DNA of 64,000 bases from an uncultured candidatus Porisulfidus sp. GTDB taxonomy: Bacteria > Pseudomonadota > Gammaproteobacteria > Poriferisulfidales > Poriferisulfidaceae. The DNA lies in assembly GCA_965199755.1 (NCBI GenBank), contig CBDASZ010000001.1, positions 1-64,000 of the forward strand. The letters run 5' to 3'. Shown here piece by piece: positions 47,390 through 57,699 of the stretch (the stretch's first letter is position 1; every line of letters begins with the position of its first letter). Below the pieces are notes generated by a model. It had not been told where the DNA came from, did not search any database, and was given only the letters and a program-made list of their open reading frames with translations. A program made the position numbers and the translations under genes.

Positions 47390-47950
47390 TCATGAGTTGC
47401 ATAGCCCTGTGGCATGGGGAAAATAAATATCCATATCAGGATCGCCTTCTGCCCAACCCTGCAGCCTTAGGTGCTGATCCCCTTGAATGATGGCAATAGC
47501 CCCATCTTCATTTTTCGAGAAACAAAGAACTTCTTCCGGCTCCATGCAATTCATAACTCTCATAGATTGAGTCACCAGCAGAATTTGTGCATCATAGAGG
47601 GAATTGAGCGATTGACAGACGTAATGCACTTCCATAGGGTGAATGCCATTTTCGGGGTCTTCTCAAATCGCAACTTCTTCTTCAAGTGCTTCGGAATTTC
47701 AAGCTCCACGGCCAACTCAAAACCCTTTGACACATCGGAACGTTGCCACACCAAATCCTGAAAATTATCCGTCCGCTTCCTTCCAGCCGCCTCCAATCCA
47801 TCAGATACGAGATCACCCAAGAAAGTTACGACATCCAGTAAGTGTGCTTTTTCCGCTTGCGTTCAGCCCCACCATGGCATGAAAAGAGCCCAACGCCACA
47901 TCCACATAACGCAGACAGCAGTAATTCAGGGCTTGAATTCGAGTAATCAT
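47390..47950 (-). pseudogene. ABC/RecF-like AAA ATPase remnant (MADS Mad3-like), frameshifted and internally deleted
   Basis: ATG 47950 MITRIQALNYCCLRYV...VGLNASGKST (Walker A); shift to LDVVTFLGDLVSDG...FQDLVW...FELAVE; shift to EDPENGIHP (Walker B/D-loop)...YDAQILLVTQS...VLCF.K.EDGA. Confidence 0.75.
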
Positions 47951-47976
47951 GATTCAAATGCAACTCTGGCAGCTGA

Positions 47977-48705
47977 TCAAGTCCCCTGTTGCGACACTGC
48001 CCGCACACCGGAAGCATCCGCCACCAGCCAACTGCCTTGCTCGTACCAGTCGCCAAGCACCACGCGCATAGCCTGTGCACCATCCAAGTCAAACTGATGC
48101 ACGGCGGGCCGATGCGTATGACCGTGAATTAGCTGCCGCACTCCAAACTCCCGCATGACCTGACACACGGCCTGTTCGTTGACATCCATGATCTGCATCG
48201 ACTTGCTGGCTACGGCCTGCGCGCTGACTTCACGCAAACGATTCGCCATGTGCTCCCGAACCCACCGCGGCAAAGCCCGGATCAGCATACGGCTTGCCGG
48301 ATGACGGATGCGGCGGCGGTAGTTCTGGTAGGCGACATCATCCGTACACAGCAAATCCCCGTGCTCCAGCAACGTCGGCGTGCCGTAGAGATCCACCACC
48401 TGTCTTTGCGGCAACAGCGCTATACCCGAACGCCGTGCGAATGCTTTCCCCAGCAGAAAATCACGGTTGCCGTGCAGAAAATGCACCGTAACCCCGCTTT
48501 GCGTCAGTTCCCGCAACGCCGCCAGCGCGTCTTCCAATCCTTGCGCGCGATCGTCATCGCCAATCCAGGACTCGAACAAGTCTCCCAGAATGTACAAAGC
48601 CTCGGCACCGCGCGCCTCAGTGCGCAGAAAATCCTCAAACGCGGCAATTAAAGCCGGACGCTGCGCATCCAGGTGCAGATCTGCGATAAACAGAGAATAT
48701 GACAT
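47977..48705 (-). CDS. lpxH: UDP-2,3-diacylglucosamine hydrolase
   Basis: IADLHL, GDLFE.WIGDD, HGNRDF, HGD.LCTDD, HGHTHRP, LGDW. Confidence 0.95.
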   Translation of the reverse strand: MSYSLFIADLHLDAQRPALIAAFEDFLRTEARGAEALYILGDLFESWIGDDDRAQGLEDALAALRELTQSGVTVHFLHGNRDFLLGKAFARRSGIALLPQRQVVDLYGTPTLLEHGDLLCTDDVAYQNYRRRIRHPASRMLIRALPRWVREHMANRLREVSAQAVASKSMQIMDVNEQAVCQVMREFGVRQLIHGHTHRPAVHQFDLDGAQAMRVVLGDWYEQGSWLVADASGVRAVSQQGT

Positions 48706-48852
48706 TGCAACAGGGATCCGGCCCAACAGGCTCGTTGTAGAATTATAGGGGGAGGTCTTGCAAAGTCCTCTCCAGCTCCCCATATCTGTATGTGTAGGCG
48801 CTGTTTCTGTTATCCTTAAGCAGCCACGCACAACGTTTGGGCGGCGAAACTT

Positions 48853-50781
48853 ATGAACAACATGCTCAAGAACCTGATTTTGTGGATCGCCATCGCCGCG
48901 GTGATGATGTCGGTCTTCAACAATTTCGCGCCAATCACGCAACCGCCAATCCAGTTGAGCTACTCGGACTTCATTGTCAGCATCAAGTCCGGCCAGATTC
49001 GCGAAGTCAACATCGACCCGGATGAGCGCACCATTACAGGCACCTTCCTGGACGGGCGCGACTTCACTACCACTGCGCTGCCTGACCCCAAATTAATGGA
49101 CGACCTGCTGGCGAACAACGTGGTGGTCGCCGGCGAGCCGCGCAAGCAGCGCTCGTTGCTGATGGAAATTCTGATCAGCTGGTTTCCACTGTTGTTACTG
49201 GTCGGCGTGTGGATCTTCTTCATGCGGCAGATGCAAGGCGGCGGACAAGGCCGCGGTGCGCTGTCTTTCGGCAAGAGCCGCGCGCGACTAACTTCCGAGG
49301 ATCAAAACAAGGTCACCTTCGCTGATGTCGCCGGTATTGAAGAGGCCAAAGAAGAAGTTCAAGAGCTGGTCGAGTTTCTGCGCGATCCTGAAAAGTTCCA
49401 GAAACTGGGCGGCAAAATTCCACGCGGCGTATTGATGGTCGGCTCCCCCGGCACCGGCAAAACCTTGCTGGCGCGCGCCATCGCGGGCGAGGCCAAGGTT
49501 CCGTTCTTCAGCATTTCCGGCTCGGACTTCGTTGAGATGTTCGTTGGCGTAGGTGCCTCCCGTGTGCGCGACATGTTCAATCAGGCCAAAAAGCATGGCC
49601 CCAGCATCATCTTCATCGACGAGATCGACGCAGTGGGACGGCATCGCGGTGCCGGACTTGGCGGCGGGCATGACGAACGCGAGCAGACGCTAAACCAGTT
49701 GCTGGTAGAAATGGACGGCTTTGCGGGCAATGAAGGCACCATTGTGATCGCCGCGACCAACCGCCCGGATGTACTGGATCCGGCCTTGTTGCGACCCGGC
49801 CGCTTTGATCGCCAGGTGGTGGTGCCGCTGCCTGACATTCGTGGCCGCGAGAAAATCCTGAACGTACATATGCGTCCAGTACCTACGCACAAGGATGTGG
49901 ATGCCCAAGTCATCGCGCGCGGCACACCGGGATTCTCCGGCGCGGACCTTGCCAATCTGGTCAATGAGGCCGCCTTGTTCGCCGCGCGAAAAAACAAGAA
50001 AAAAGTCGAGATGAGCGACTTTGAAATAGCCAAGGACAAAATCATGATGGGTTCGGAGCGGCGCTCCATGGTGATGAGCGAGGACGAGAAGAAACTCACC
50101 GCCTATCACGAATCCGGTCATGCCATCATCGGGCGCATCGTGCCTGATCACGATCCGGTGCACAAGGTCACCATCATCCCGCGCGGACGGGCGCTTGGAG
50201 TGACCATGTTTCTGCCGGAAGATGACCGCTACAGCAATACGCGCCAGCGGCTCAACAGCCAGATCTGCACGCTGTACGGCGGCCGTCTCGCTGAAGAGAT
50301 CATTTTCGGCGAGGAGCACGTGACTACCGGTGCGCAAAACGATATTGAGCGCGCGACGGATCTGGCGCGCAATATGGTGACCAAATGGGGCTTGTCAGGC
50401 AAACTCGGCCCGCTCGCCTACAGCGAGGAAGACAGTGAAGTGTTTCTGGGACATTCGGTGACCCGACACAAGACCATGTCGGACCGCACCGCACGCGCCA
50501 TTGACGAAGAGATCCGCCACATTATCGAGTCCAACTACGAGCGGGCACGCACTATCCTGCAGGACAATATGGAAAAACTGCATGTCATGGCGAGCGCGCT
50601 GATGAAATACGAAACCATTGACAGCGAGCAGATCAAGGAGATCATGGAAGGCAATCCAGTCAGCCCGCCCGCCGGGTGGGACGACGACTCGACCGGATCG
50701 GACGGCGACGCCCCTTCCTCGGAACAACCTGAAACGGCGGACACCGACACCCCCATCGGCAAGACGGCGGAACAGTATTAG
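48853..50781 (+). CDS. ftsH: ATP-dependent zinc metalloprotease FtsH
   Basis: Two TMs, [26 protein letters not shown]. Confidence 0.98.
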   Translation: MNNMLKNLILWIAIAAVMMSVFNNFAPITQPPIQLSYSDFIVSIKSGQIREVNIDPDERTITGTFLDGRDFTTTALPDPKLMDDLLANNVVVAGEPRKQRSLLMEILISWFPLLLLVGVWIFFMRQMQGGGQGRGALSFGKSRARLTSEDQNKVTFADVAGIEEAKEEVQELVEFLRDPEKFQKLGGKIPRGVLMVGSPGTGKTLLARAIAGEAKVPFFSISGSDFVEMFVGVGASRVRDMFNQAKKHGPSIIFIDEIDAVGRHRGAGLGGGHDEREQTLNQLLVEMDGFAGNEGTIVIAATNRPDVLDPALLRPGRFDRQVVVPLPDIRGREKILNVHMRPVPTHKDVDAQVIARGTPGFSGADLANLVNEAALFAARKNKKKVEMSDFEIAKDKIMMGSERRSMVMSEDEKKLTAYHESGHAIIGRIVPDHDPVHKVTIIPRGRALGVTMFLPEDDRYSNTRQRLNSQICTLYGGRLAEEIIFGEEHVTTGAQNDIERATDLARNMVTKWGLSGKLGPLAYSEEDSEVFLGHSVTRHKTMSDRTARAIDEEIRHIIESNYERARTILQDNMEKLHVMASALMKYETIDSEQIKEIMEGNPVSPPAGWDDDSTGSDGDAPSSEQPETADTDTPIGKTAEQY

Positions 50782-50803
50782 GCGCTGACGCCGGAAGTCG
50801 GCC

Positions 50804-52138
50804 ATGCCCCGCAAGCATTTCGGTACCGACGGCATCCGCGGGCAGGTCGGACACGCGCCGATGACCCCGGATTTCGTGCTGCAACTCGGCTGGGCGATCG
50901 GTCAGGTGCTCGGCGCGCAGGACAATTCCCCCAAAATTCTGGTTGGCAAAGACACGCGCCAGTCCGGCTACATGTTTGAGTCGGCGCTGGAGGCCGGATT
51001 GTCCGCTGCCGGCGTCAATGTGCTGCTGCTCGGCCCGCAGCCAACCCCGGCGATCTCCTATCTGACACGTGAACTCGGCGGCTGCGCCGGCATTGTCGTA
51101 TCCGCCTCGCACAACCCGCATCACGACAACGGCATCAAGATTTTCGGCGCGGACGGCTTCAAGTTGCCGGACGCGGTGGAGCAGGAGATTGAAGCCTGTC
51201 TGGAACGCCCCCTCACCATTCAGCCGGAATCCCTGCCTGGCAAGGCGCGCCGCGTCGTGGATGCCACAGAACGCTACCTGGAATTTTGCAAAAGCACCGT
51301 GGCTTCGGATTTTCGACTGGACGGTATGAAACTTTTGGTGGACTGCGCACACGGTGCCGGCTATCAACTGGCCCCTCAGTTGTTTCGCGATCTGGGCGCT
51401 GAAGTCATCGCGCTCGGTATCGATCCTGACGGGGTCAACATCAATGACGGCTGCGGATCAACCGTCCCGGAGTACGCCCAAGCGCAGGCGCGGAAACAGC
51501 AGGCGGACCTGGCAGTGATTATGGATGGGGATGGGGACCGACTGCTGATGATCGACGAACAGGGAGAGATTGCGGACGGCGATGACTTGCTTTATGTGAT
51601 TGCGCGCTCGCGGCAGCAGCAAGACTGCCTGAATGGCGGGGTTGTTGGCACATTGATGAGCAATCTGGGACTGGAGCAGGCGCTGCAGCGATGTGACATC
51701 CCGTTCGTGCGCGCCGCGGTGGGCGATCGCTACGTGCAGGAGCAACTACGCGAGCGCAACTGGCAGATTGGCGGGGAAACTTCGGGGCATCTGATTTGCC
51801 GCGACCGCTGCTGGGCCGGCTGTGCGCTAATTGCGGCATTGCAGGTCTTGGAGGCTTTGCAGATCCTGCGCGCGCCGCTGTCTGAAATTCGCGCCGAGAT
51901 CCACAAGTACCCGCAGGTCATGATTAATGTGCGATGCGATAACGGCCAAGGCATCAGTGATGCGGCCAAAGCGGCTGTCGCAGATGCCGAGCGCACCCTG
52001 AACGCGCAAGGGCGCGTATTGCTGCGGCCTTCCGGGACCGAACCGGTCATGCGGGTGATGGTGGAAGGCGAAGACGCGACGATGATCAATCATCTGGCAC
52101 AGGACATCGCGGCCTCTATCAATACTGAAAACGGATGA
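50804..52138 (+). CDS. glmM: Phosphoglucosamine mutase
   Basis: FGTDGIRG, SASHNP, DGDGDR, VGDRYV, RPSGTEP. Confidence 0.96.
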   Translation: MPRKHFGTDGIRGQVGHAPMTPDFVLQLGWAIGQVLGAQDNSPKILVGKDTRQSGYMFESALEAGLSAAGVNVLLLGPQPTPAISYLTRELGGCAGIVVSASHNPHHDNGIKIFGADGFKLPDAVEQEIEACLERPLTIQPESLPGKARRVVDATERYLEFCKSTVASDFRLDGMKLLVDCAHGAGYQLAPQLFRDLGAEVIALGIDPDGVNINDGCGSTVPEYAQAQARKQQADLAVIMDGDGDRLLMIDEQGEIADGDDLLYVIARSRQQQDCLNGGVVGTLMSNLGLEQALQRCDIPFVRAAVGDRYVQEQLRERNWQIGGETSGHLICRDRCWAGCALIAALQVLEALQILRAPLSEIRAEIHKYPQVMINVRCDNGQGISDAAKAAVADAERTLNAQGRVLLRPSGTEPVMRVMVEGEDATMINHLAQDIAASINTENG

Positions 52139-52202
52139 TTACTGCAGGTGCTTTGACCTGCCCTTATAATTCGCGCCGCGTTTATTCTTAAGTTTTACTG
52201 TT

Positions 52203-52973
52203 ATGCCTCGGCCCACTGTTATCGCTGGCAACTGGAAGATGCACGGCGATCGCGCTAGTGCGCGCGCGCTTGCGCAGACGGTGGTCGCGGGCGCGGGTGA
52301 GGCACCGGATTGCGAGATCCTGCTGTGCCCGCCATACGTACACCTTTTGGACGTGCTGGAAGCAACAAAGAACAGCCCCGTCGGTGTCGGCGCGCAGAAT
52401 GTATGCGATCAGACCCAAGGGGCGTATACCGGGGAAATTTCAGTTGGCATGCTGACCGAATGCGGCTGTGACGCGGTAATCATCGGCCATTCGGAACGCC
52501 GCCATGTCTATGGCGAATCGGATGAACTCATTGGCCGGAAATTCGCCCTGCTGCACCAATCTGCTCAGGAGAACCCCGACACGCCCCGCGCGATTCTGTG
52601 TGTTGGTGAGACTTTGGAAGAACGAGAAGCCGGACAGACTTTGGATGTTATCCGGGCCCAGTTGCAGCCTGCGTTGGATTGTCCTGAGGCCTTTCCTCGG
52701 GCGTGGATTGCTTACGAGCCGGTCTGGGCCATCGGCACCGGCGTGGCCGCGACTCCTGATATGGCGCAGGAAGTCCACGCGGCCATCCGTCAGGAAATGA
52801 CGGATGCGTTCGGTTCGATTGCCGATGAAGTCATCGTGCTGTACGGCGGCAGCGTCAAGCCCGACAATGCGGGCGAGTTGTTTCCCATGCCTGACATCGA
52901 CGGCGGTTTGATCGGCGGTGCCTCACTGGATGCCGACTCATTCCTTTCAATTTGTGAAAACGTGCGAAAATAG
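52203..52973 (+). CDS. tpiA: Triosephosphate isomerase
   Basis: AGNWKM, GHSERR, AYEPVWAIGTG, YGGSV, GGASL. Confidence 0.98.
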   Translation: MPRPTVIAGNWKMHGDRASARALAQTVVAGAGEAPDCEILLCPPYVHLLDVLEATKNSPVGVGAQNVCDQTQGAYTGEISVGMLTECGCDAVIIGHSERRHVYGESDELIGRKFALLHQSAQENPDTPRAILCVGETLEEREAGQTLDVIRAQLQPALDCPEAFPRAWIAYEPVWAIGTGVAATPDMAQEVHAAIRQEMTDAFGSIADEVIVLYGGSVKPDNAGELFPMPDIDGGLIGGASLDADSFLSICENVRK

Positions 52974-52979
52974 CCGCCC

Positions 52980-53342
52980 ATGCTGTATACCACCCTGATC
53001 ATTACGGCGGTTATTCTGTCCATCGCCATTATTGGCCTGGTACTGATCCAGCACGGCCGCGGTGCCGACACCGGCGCGGCTTTTGGCGGCGGCGCGTCCG
53101 GCTCTGTGTTTGGCTCGCGCGGCAACGCGACCTTTCTGAGTCGAGTGACGGCCGTGGCGGTCGCCTTGTTCTTCGCGAATTGTCTGGCGCTTGCCTGGGT
53201 GGTCAAAAACACGCCGACCGAAGACAGCCTGATGCGACAAAACGCTGCTGAAGTCGCACCGCAGAGTGTGGACCCGCTTCCTGTGCCGGATGAGGCACCC
53301 GTAGCGCCAGAACCTGATCCGCTCGCGGACATTCCTGAGTAA
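52980..53342 (+). CDS. secG: Preprotein translocase subunit SecG
   Basis: LIQ.GRGAD.GA.FGGGAS.S.FGS; lies between tpiA and tRNA-Leu. Confidence 0.95.
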   Translation: MLYTTLIITAVILSIAIIGLVLIQHGRGADTGAAFGGGASGSVFGSRGNATFLSRVTAVAVALFFANCLALAWVVKNTPTEDSLMRQNAAEVAPQSVDPLPVPDEAPVAPEPDPLADIPE

Positions 53343-53382
53343 CAAAGCGGCCTTTGCGATAATACTAAAAAAGCAACACGCT

Positions 53383-53468
53383 GCCGATGTGGTGGAATCT
53401 GGTAGACACGCTGTCTTGAGGGGGCAGTGGCGCAAGCCGTGCCGGTTCGAGTCCGGCCATCGGCACCA
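53383..53468 (+). tRNA. tRNA-Leu (anticodon GAG)
   Basis: GCCGATG/CATCGGC acceptor stem, CTGTC-TTGAGGG-GGCAG anticodon arm, long variable arm, GGTTCGAGT, encoded CCA. Confidence 0.96.
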
Positions 53469-53497
53469 TCCCACACCGATCCGACTTGGGCGCGGAT

Positions 53498-56400
53498 ATG
53501 GCTGAAGCGAACAACTTTCTTGACCCGGGCAAGCATGCTCTGGTGTCCGCCTCTGCCGGAACCGGCAAGACTTGGACGCTCACTGCGCGCATTCTGCGTC
53601 TGCTTCTGGAAGGTGCATCGCCCGACTCCATACTGGCGATCACGTACACACGCGCCGCAGCTGCGGAGATTCGCCAGCGCCTCACGCAGCGCATGGACGA
53701 ATGGCTGCATCTGGATGACGCACAGCTGGATCAGAAACTGCAGGAACTGAAAATCCCGAACCCGGACGCCGCCATGCGCGCCGAAGCGCGGCAACTGTTC
53801 GAGCGCGTGCAATTCTCCGAACACGGCCTCTACATCTCCACCTTCCATTCCTTCTTCCATGACCTGCTGGCACGGTTTCCGCTGGAAGGCGAAGTGCCAA
53901 AGGATTTCCAGATTCCCACCAAGGAACAATCGTCCAAAATCCTGAAACAGGCCATTGATCAGACCCTTCAGGACGCCGAACGGGAACCTGACGGAACAGT
54001 CGCGAAGGCCCTTGATCAAGCCATCGCGCGGTTCGGCTGGAACACCGTGCTGGAGGGATTTTTCCCTGGGATCAAGGAGAAAATACTGGAATGGACGGCA
54101 TTTGACCGGGATCGCTCCATCGATGATCATCGCCGCCATCTGTATGAGGAGGTGTTCGAGATCGAAGACGGCCCAGTTGAGGAAACTTCCACGTATGTAA
54201 TCACCGCGGACATGGATGATAAAAATCTGCGGCAGTTGGCTGATTTAATGGAGCGGCTCGGTGGGAAAATCCGCACCGAAAAAGCGGAGAGAATTCGTGA
54301 CGCGCTGGTCAATGACAGCCATAACATGGAGCGATTCGCACACGCGATTTGCATGGCATTACATTCACAGCAGGGAAGCGGTGATATCAACAAAAGGCTA
54401 CACGCCCCTAAAAGCGCGAACCTGCCCAGCGCAGAAGTCGCAGAATATGAAAAACTCCTCATATATTACGCAACAGCCTCAAAAGAACTGCACAACGAAT
54501 ATCGTCGGCGCAAGAACTGCGAGTTCAATCTGGCCTGCTATACCCTGATTCGGCAATTTGCCAAGCACTACCGCCAGATCAAACGCAGTCAAGGCGTGCT
54601 TGAATATGATGACCTGCAGGAATCCGCACATCATATGCTGACGGAGGGAGCCAACACGCGCGGCACCCTCGAGTGGGTCCAGATCAAGCTCGGCCAGAGT
54701 TTCCGGCATATCCTGATTGATGAGTTTCAGGACACCGACCTGATGTCCTGGCATACGGTGCACGCCTTATTTGAGGCTCTACGGGAAGGGAATGAAGACG
54801 ACACTGAATTTATTGTCGGCGATGTCAAGCAGTCGATTTATCAATGGCGGCGCGCCAAGCCAGCCGTTTTGCAAAAAGCGCGGGAGTACTTTGAAGACGA
54901 CCACGCCGCGATCGGTTCTCTGGATCTGTCGTACCGCTCGGCACCAGCAATTCTGGAATTTGTCAATGCCTGGAATGCGAGACTTGAGCAGACCGAAGAC
55001 ATGGCAGGCTTGCCCGGTTTTCAGGAACACACCACCCACTGGAAGGATCTTTATGGCCGCGTCGAATTGCTTCCGCTGATTGAGAAACCAGAGAAAGAAG
55101 CCGCAGCTGAACAGGCACCAATGCGCAACCCTCTGAAGCAGCCCCGGGAAGCCGAGAGTGAGGTCAAACACCCCGATTTGATCGCGCAGGCGATCGCCCG
55201 ACATCTGCACGACACGATCATCGGCAATGCCGTCATTCAGGATCGCGGCTCGGATGGTCAGGAAGTGCATCGTCATGCCCGTTACAGCGACGTCATGATT
55301 CTGGTGCGTCGGCGCACCTCCGTGCGCAATCTGGAACGCGCTTTGTCTGAGTTGAATATTCCCTTCGCCCGCCAGTCGCGCCAGACCTTGTTACAGGCTC
55401 TGGAGATCAGCGATCTGCTCGCAGTACTGAAGTTCCTGCTGAATCCCGCGGACAATCTGAGTCTCGCGCATGTGCTGCGCTCTCCTCTGTATGGTGCCAG
55501 CAACGAGGATTTGATCAGGCTGGCGCTTGATTATTCAGACATTACTGACTGGAGCAAACGCCTGTCGCACTACGCCGACGCGCATTCAGATGATGGCGAT
55601 GATCCGTTGTGCCGGGCGGAGCGTCAGTTGCGCGCATGGCGGCATTGGGCAGATCGTATCCCCACGCATGACTTACTGGATCAGATCTACCATGAAGGCG
55701 AAGTGCTGGAGCGTTATCGCAGCATCTGGGAAGGCGATCGGGGCCAGCAGGCGGCGCACAATTTGATCCGCTTCATGGAACTCGCGCTGGAACTCAACAG
55801 CGGGCGCTATCCCAGTCTGACCTTCTTCGTGCACTATGTCGAAGGTATGCGGGTAGGAACCATCGAAGGCGCTGACGCCCCGGACATGATCGCCGTCGGC
55901 AGCCCGGAGCAGGAAGATCGGGTCCGCATCCAAACCGTGCATGCTGCCAAGGGTCTGGAGTCGCCGATCGTTATTTATGCCGAAATGTCGAACCGCACGC
56001 GCGGGGATCGCGCAAGCGATATTCTGATGGAGTGGCCGATTGAGGAAGCGCGCCCCACCCGCTTTCTGATTAATCCGGGGAACAGAGATGACGACACGGT
56101 CAGTGAGGCCCATCGCGAACAGAAAAAAGAACAGGGGGCGCAAGAGCAGCGCAATGTGGACTACGTCGCCTTCACGCGCGCCCGGCAGTATCTGGTGCTG
56201 TACTTCCCGGATGGCGACTATCGCGAACTGCTGCAAGAAAGCATTGGCGACTGCGGCGGGCAAGAGTTAGCCGATCCAGACCAGAGCGATGTAGGACCGA
56301 TCTGGCGCTATGAATCCCAGATACAGCAGGAGGCGCAAACCTTGCCGACACCGGATGTGCCCGCGCTGGAGCAAGCCGACCAGTTGCTGTTGCAGCGCCC

Positions 56401-56947
56401 GCCCCGCACGAAGGAATCAGCCTCTTCGGGCAGCGCGGGCGAGACGGCGAAACGCCACACCCCGCAAGTTCGCGGCACCACCATTCACCGCTTGCTGGAA
56501 GTGTTGAGCGCGGGTGAGCCGACAGCAGCGGAGCTTGCCAGAATCGCCCGGAAATGCCACCGAACCCCTGAGGATGCGGAGTTTCTTGAGTGGCTTGATG
56601 AAGCCCGGATGGTGCGAGAAGACCCTGAATTGGCCGAGGTCTTTCAGCCCGAACCCGAAACGCGCGTCCACGTTGAAGTGCCGGTGCTGCTCGACAACGC
56701 CAGTGGTGGCGAGAGCTACGGGCGCATTGACCGGTTGCTGGTGTCAGACACGGAGGCGTGGATTATTGACTTCAAGTCGAACCGCCCGGCCAATGAGGAT
56801 GAACTGGCGCAGATAGCCGCAGACTATCAGGATCAGATGCAACGTTACGCGCGCTGCATTCGCCACATCTACCCGAAGCACGATATTCGCTGCTCGCTAC
56901 TGTTTACGGCGAGCCGCACCCTGCATGCTCTGGCCGTCGCCGTCTAG
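53498..56947 (+). CDS. addA: AddA/RecB-type UvrD helicase with C-terminal PD-(D/E)XK nuclease
   Basis: ASAGTGKT, DEFQDT, VGDVKQSIY.WR, T.HAAKGLE, YVA.TRA, GT.IH, GRIDRL...IIDFKS...Q..RY. Confidence 0.85.
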   Translation: MAEANNFLDPGKHALVSASAGTGKTWTLTARILRLLLEGASPDSILAITYTRAAAAEIRQRLTQRMDEWLHLDDAQLDQKLQELKIPNPDAAMRAEARQLFERVQFSEHGLYISTFHSFFHDLLARFPLEGEVPKDFQIPTKEQSSKILKQAIDQTLQDAEREPDGTVAKALDQAIARFGWNTVLEGFFPGIKEKILEWTAFDRDRSIDDHRRHLYEEVFEIEDGPVEETSTYVITADMDDKNLRQLADLMERLGGKIRTEKAERIRDALVNDSHNMERFAHAICMALHSQQGSGDINKRLHAPKSANLPSAEVAEYEKLLIYYATASKELHNEYRRRKNCEFNLACYTLIRQFAKHYRQIKRSQGVLEYDDLQESAHHMLTEGANTRGTLEWVQIKLGQSFRHILIDEFQDTDLMSWHTVHALFEALREGNEDDTEFIVGDVKQSIYQWRRAKPAVLQKAREYFEDDHAAIGSLDLSYRSAPAILEFVNAWNARLEQTEDMAGLPGFQEHTTHWKDLYGRVELLPLIEKPEKEAAAEQAPMRNPLKQPREAESEVKHPDLIAQAIARHLHDTIIGNAVIQDRGSDGQEVHRHARYSDVMILVRRRTSVRNLERALSELNIPFARQSRQTLLQALEISDLLAVLKFLLNPADNLSLAHVLRSPLYGASNEDLIRLALDYSDITDWSKRLSHYADAHSDDGDDPLCRAERQLRAWRHWADRIPTHDLLDQIYHEGEVLERYRSIWEGDRGQQAAHNLIRFMELALELNSGRYPSLTFFVHYVEGMRVGTIEGADAPDMIAVGSPEQEDRVRIQTVHAAKGLESPIVIYAEMSNRTRGDRASDILMEWPIEEARPTRFLINPGNRDDDTVSEAHREQKKEQGAQEQRNVDYVAFTRARQYLVLYFPDGDYRELLQESIGDCGGQELADPDQSDVGPIWRYESQIQQEAQTLPTPDVPALEQADQLLLQRPPRTKESASSGSAGETAKRHTPQVRGTTIHRLLEVLSAGEPTAAELARIARKCHRTPEDAEFLEWLDEARMVREDPELAEVFQPEPETRVHVEVPVLLDNASGGESYGRIDRLLVSDTEAWIIDFKSNRPANEDELAQIAADYQDQMQRYARCIRHIYPKHDIRCSLLFTASRTLHALAVAV

Positions 56948-57699
56948 CCTCCGCTGGCTTCGAGTTCCGCCAGCAATTCATCCGGCGGGCGATAGCCGCG
57001 CACCAGCGTGCCGTCCGGCAGGAAAATCGACGGCGTCGAGCCGATTCCGATACGTTCCACCAGATCCATGTGCTCCAGCACCGGGTTGGCGCACTGCCGC
57101 TCTTCAATAGGCTGCAATCTCTTGGCGGCCGTCAAAGCCGCGCGCGAATCGTCGGCGCACCAGACGCTCACCGAAGTGCGATAACTGTCACTGTCTGCGC
57201 CCGCACGCGGATAAAACAGATAGCGCACTTCCACGCCGCGCCGCCCAAGTGCGTCGATATGTTCGTGAAACTCGCGGCAATACGGACACTCAATGTCCGT
57301 GATCACCGTCACATAATACTTGCGCTCCTGCGCCGGAAACACCACCATTTTGTCGGTGCCGTAGTCTTCCAGCATCTGCGCGCGCGACGCGTTGCGCACC
57401 TCATCCGTCAGATTGCGCATCTGGTTCAGATCGTAGAGTTCGGTATGGCGCATCAGGTAGCGCCCATCGTCAGTGATGTATAGCACCTCACCACCGTAAA
57501 CCGCCTCAAACAAGCCCGGCACCGGTGCCGCGCGCACGGCATCCGGCACATAATCGGGGAACAGCTTTACGAGACGCTCGCGAATCTGATCGGCGGACAC
57601 GGATTCGCCCGCTATGCTGGAACCTGCGAGCAACGCGCTCAGCAATCCCGCGCTAACCGCGCGGATGATGGGTCTGGTGTAGTGTCTTGAGTTCATCAT
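56944..57699 (-). CDS. dsbC: Thiol:disulfide isomerase DsbC
   Basis: Signal peptide, TD.ECPYC, YPRAG, STP cis-Pro loop, GY.P; downstream of xerD. Confidence 0.92.
   Translation of the reverse strand: MMNSRHYTRPIIRAVSAGLLSALLAGSSIAGESVSADQIRERLVKLFPDYVPDAVRAAPVPGLFEAVYGGEVLYITDDGRYLMRHTELYDLNQMRNLTDEVRNASRAQMLEDYGTDKMVVFPAQERKYYVTVITDIECPYCREFHEHIDALGRRGVEVRYLFYPRAGADSDSYRTSVSVWCADDSRAALTAAKRLQPIEERQCANPVLEHMDLVERIGIGSTPSIFLPDGTLVRGYRPPDELLAELEASGG

Noticed and set aside
52727-52740. att-like duplication of the tRNA-Leu 3' end (GGCCATCGGCACC)
   Set aside because: It lies inside the conserved tpiA WAIGT codons and upstream of the tRNA; a chance match with no integrase.
52790-54139. 449-aa minus-strand ORF and similar long antisense ORFs (for example 37577-38512, 17914-18819, 5471-6334, 44353-45183)
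   Set aside because: These are shadows of well-supported genes or a tRNA on the opposite strand in GC-rich DNA, with no recognisable motifs.
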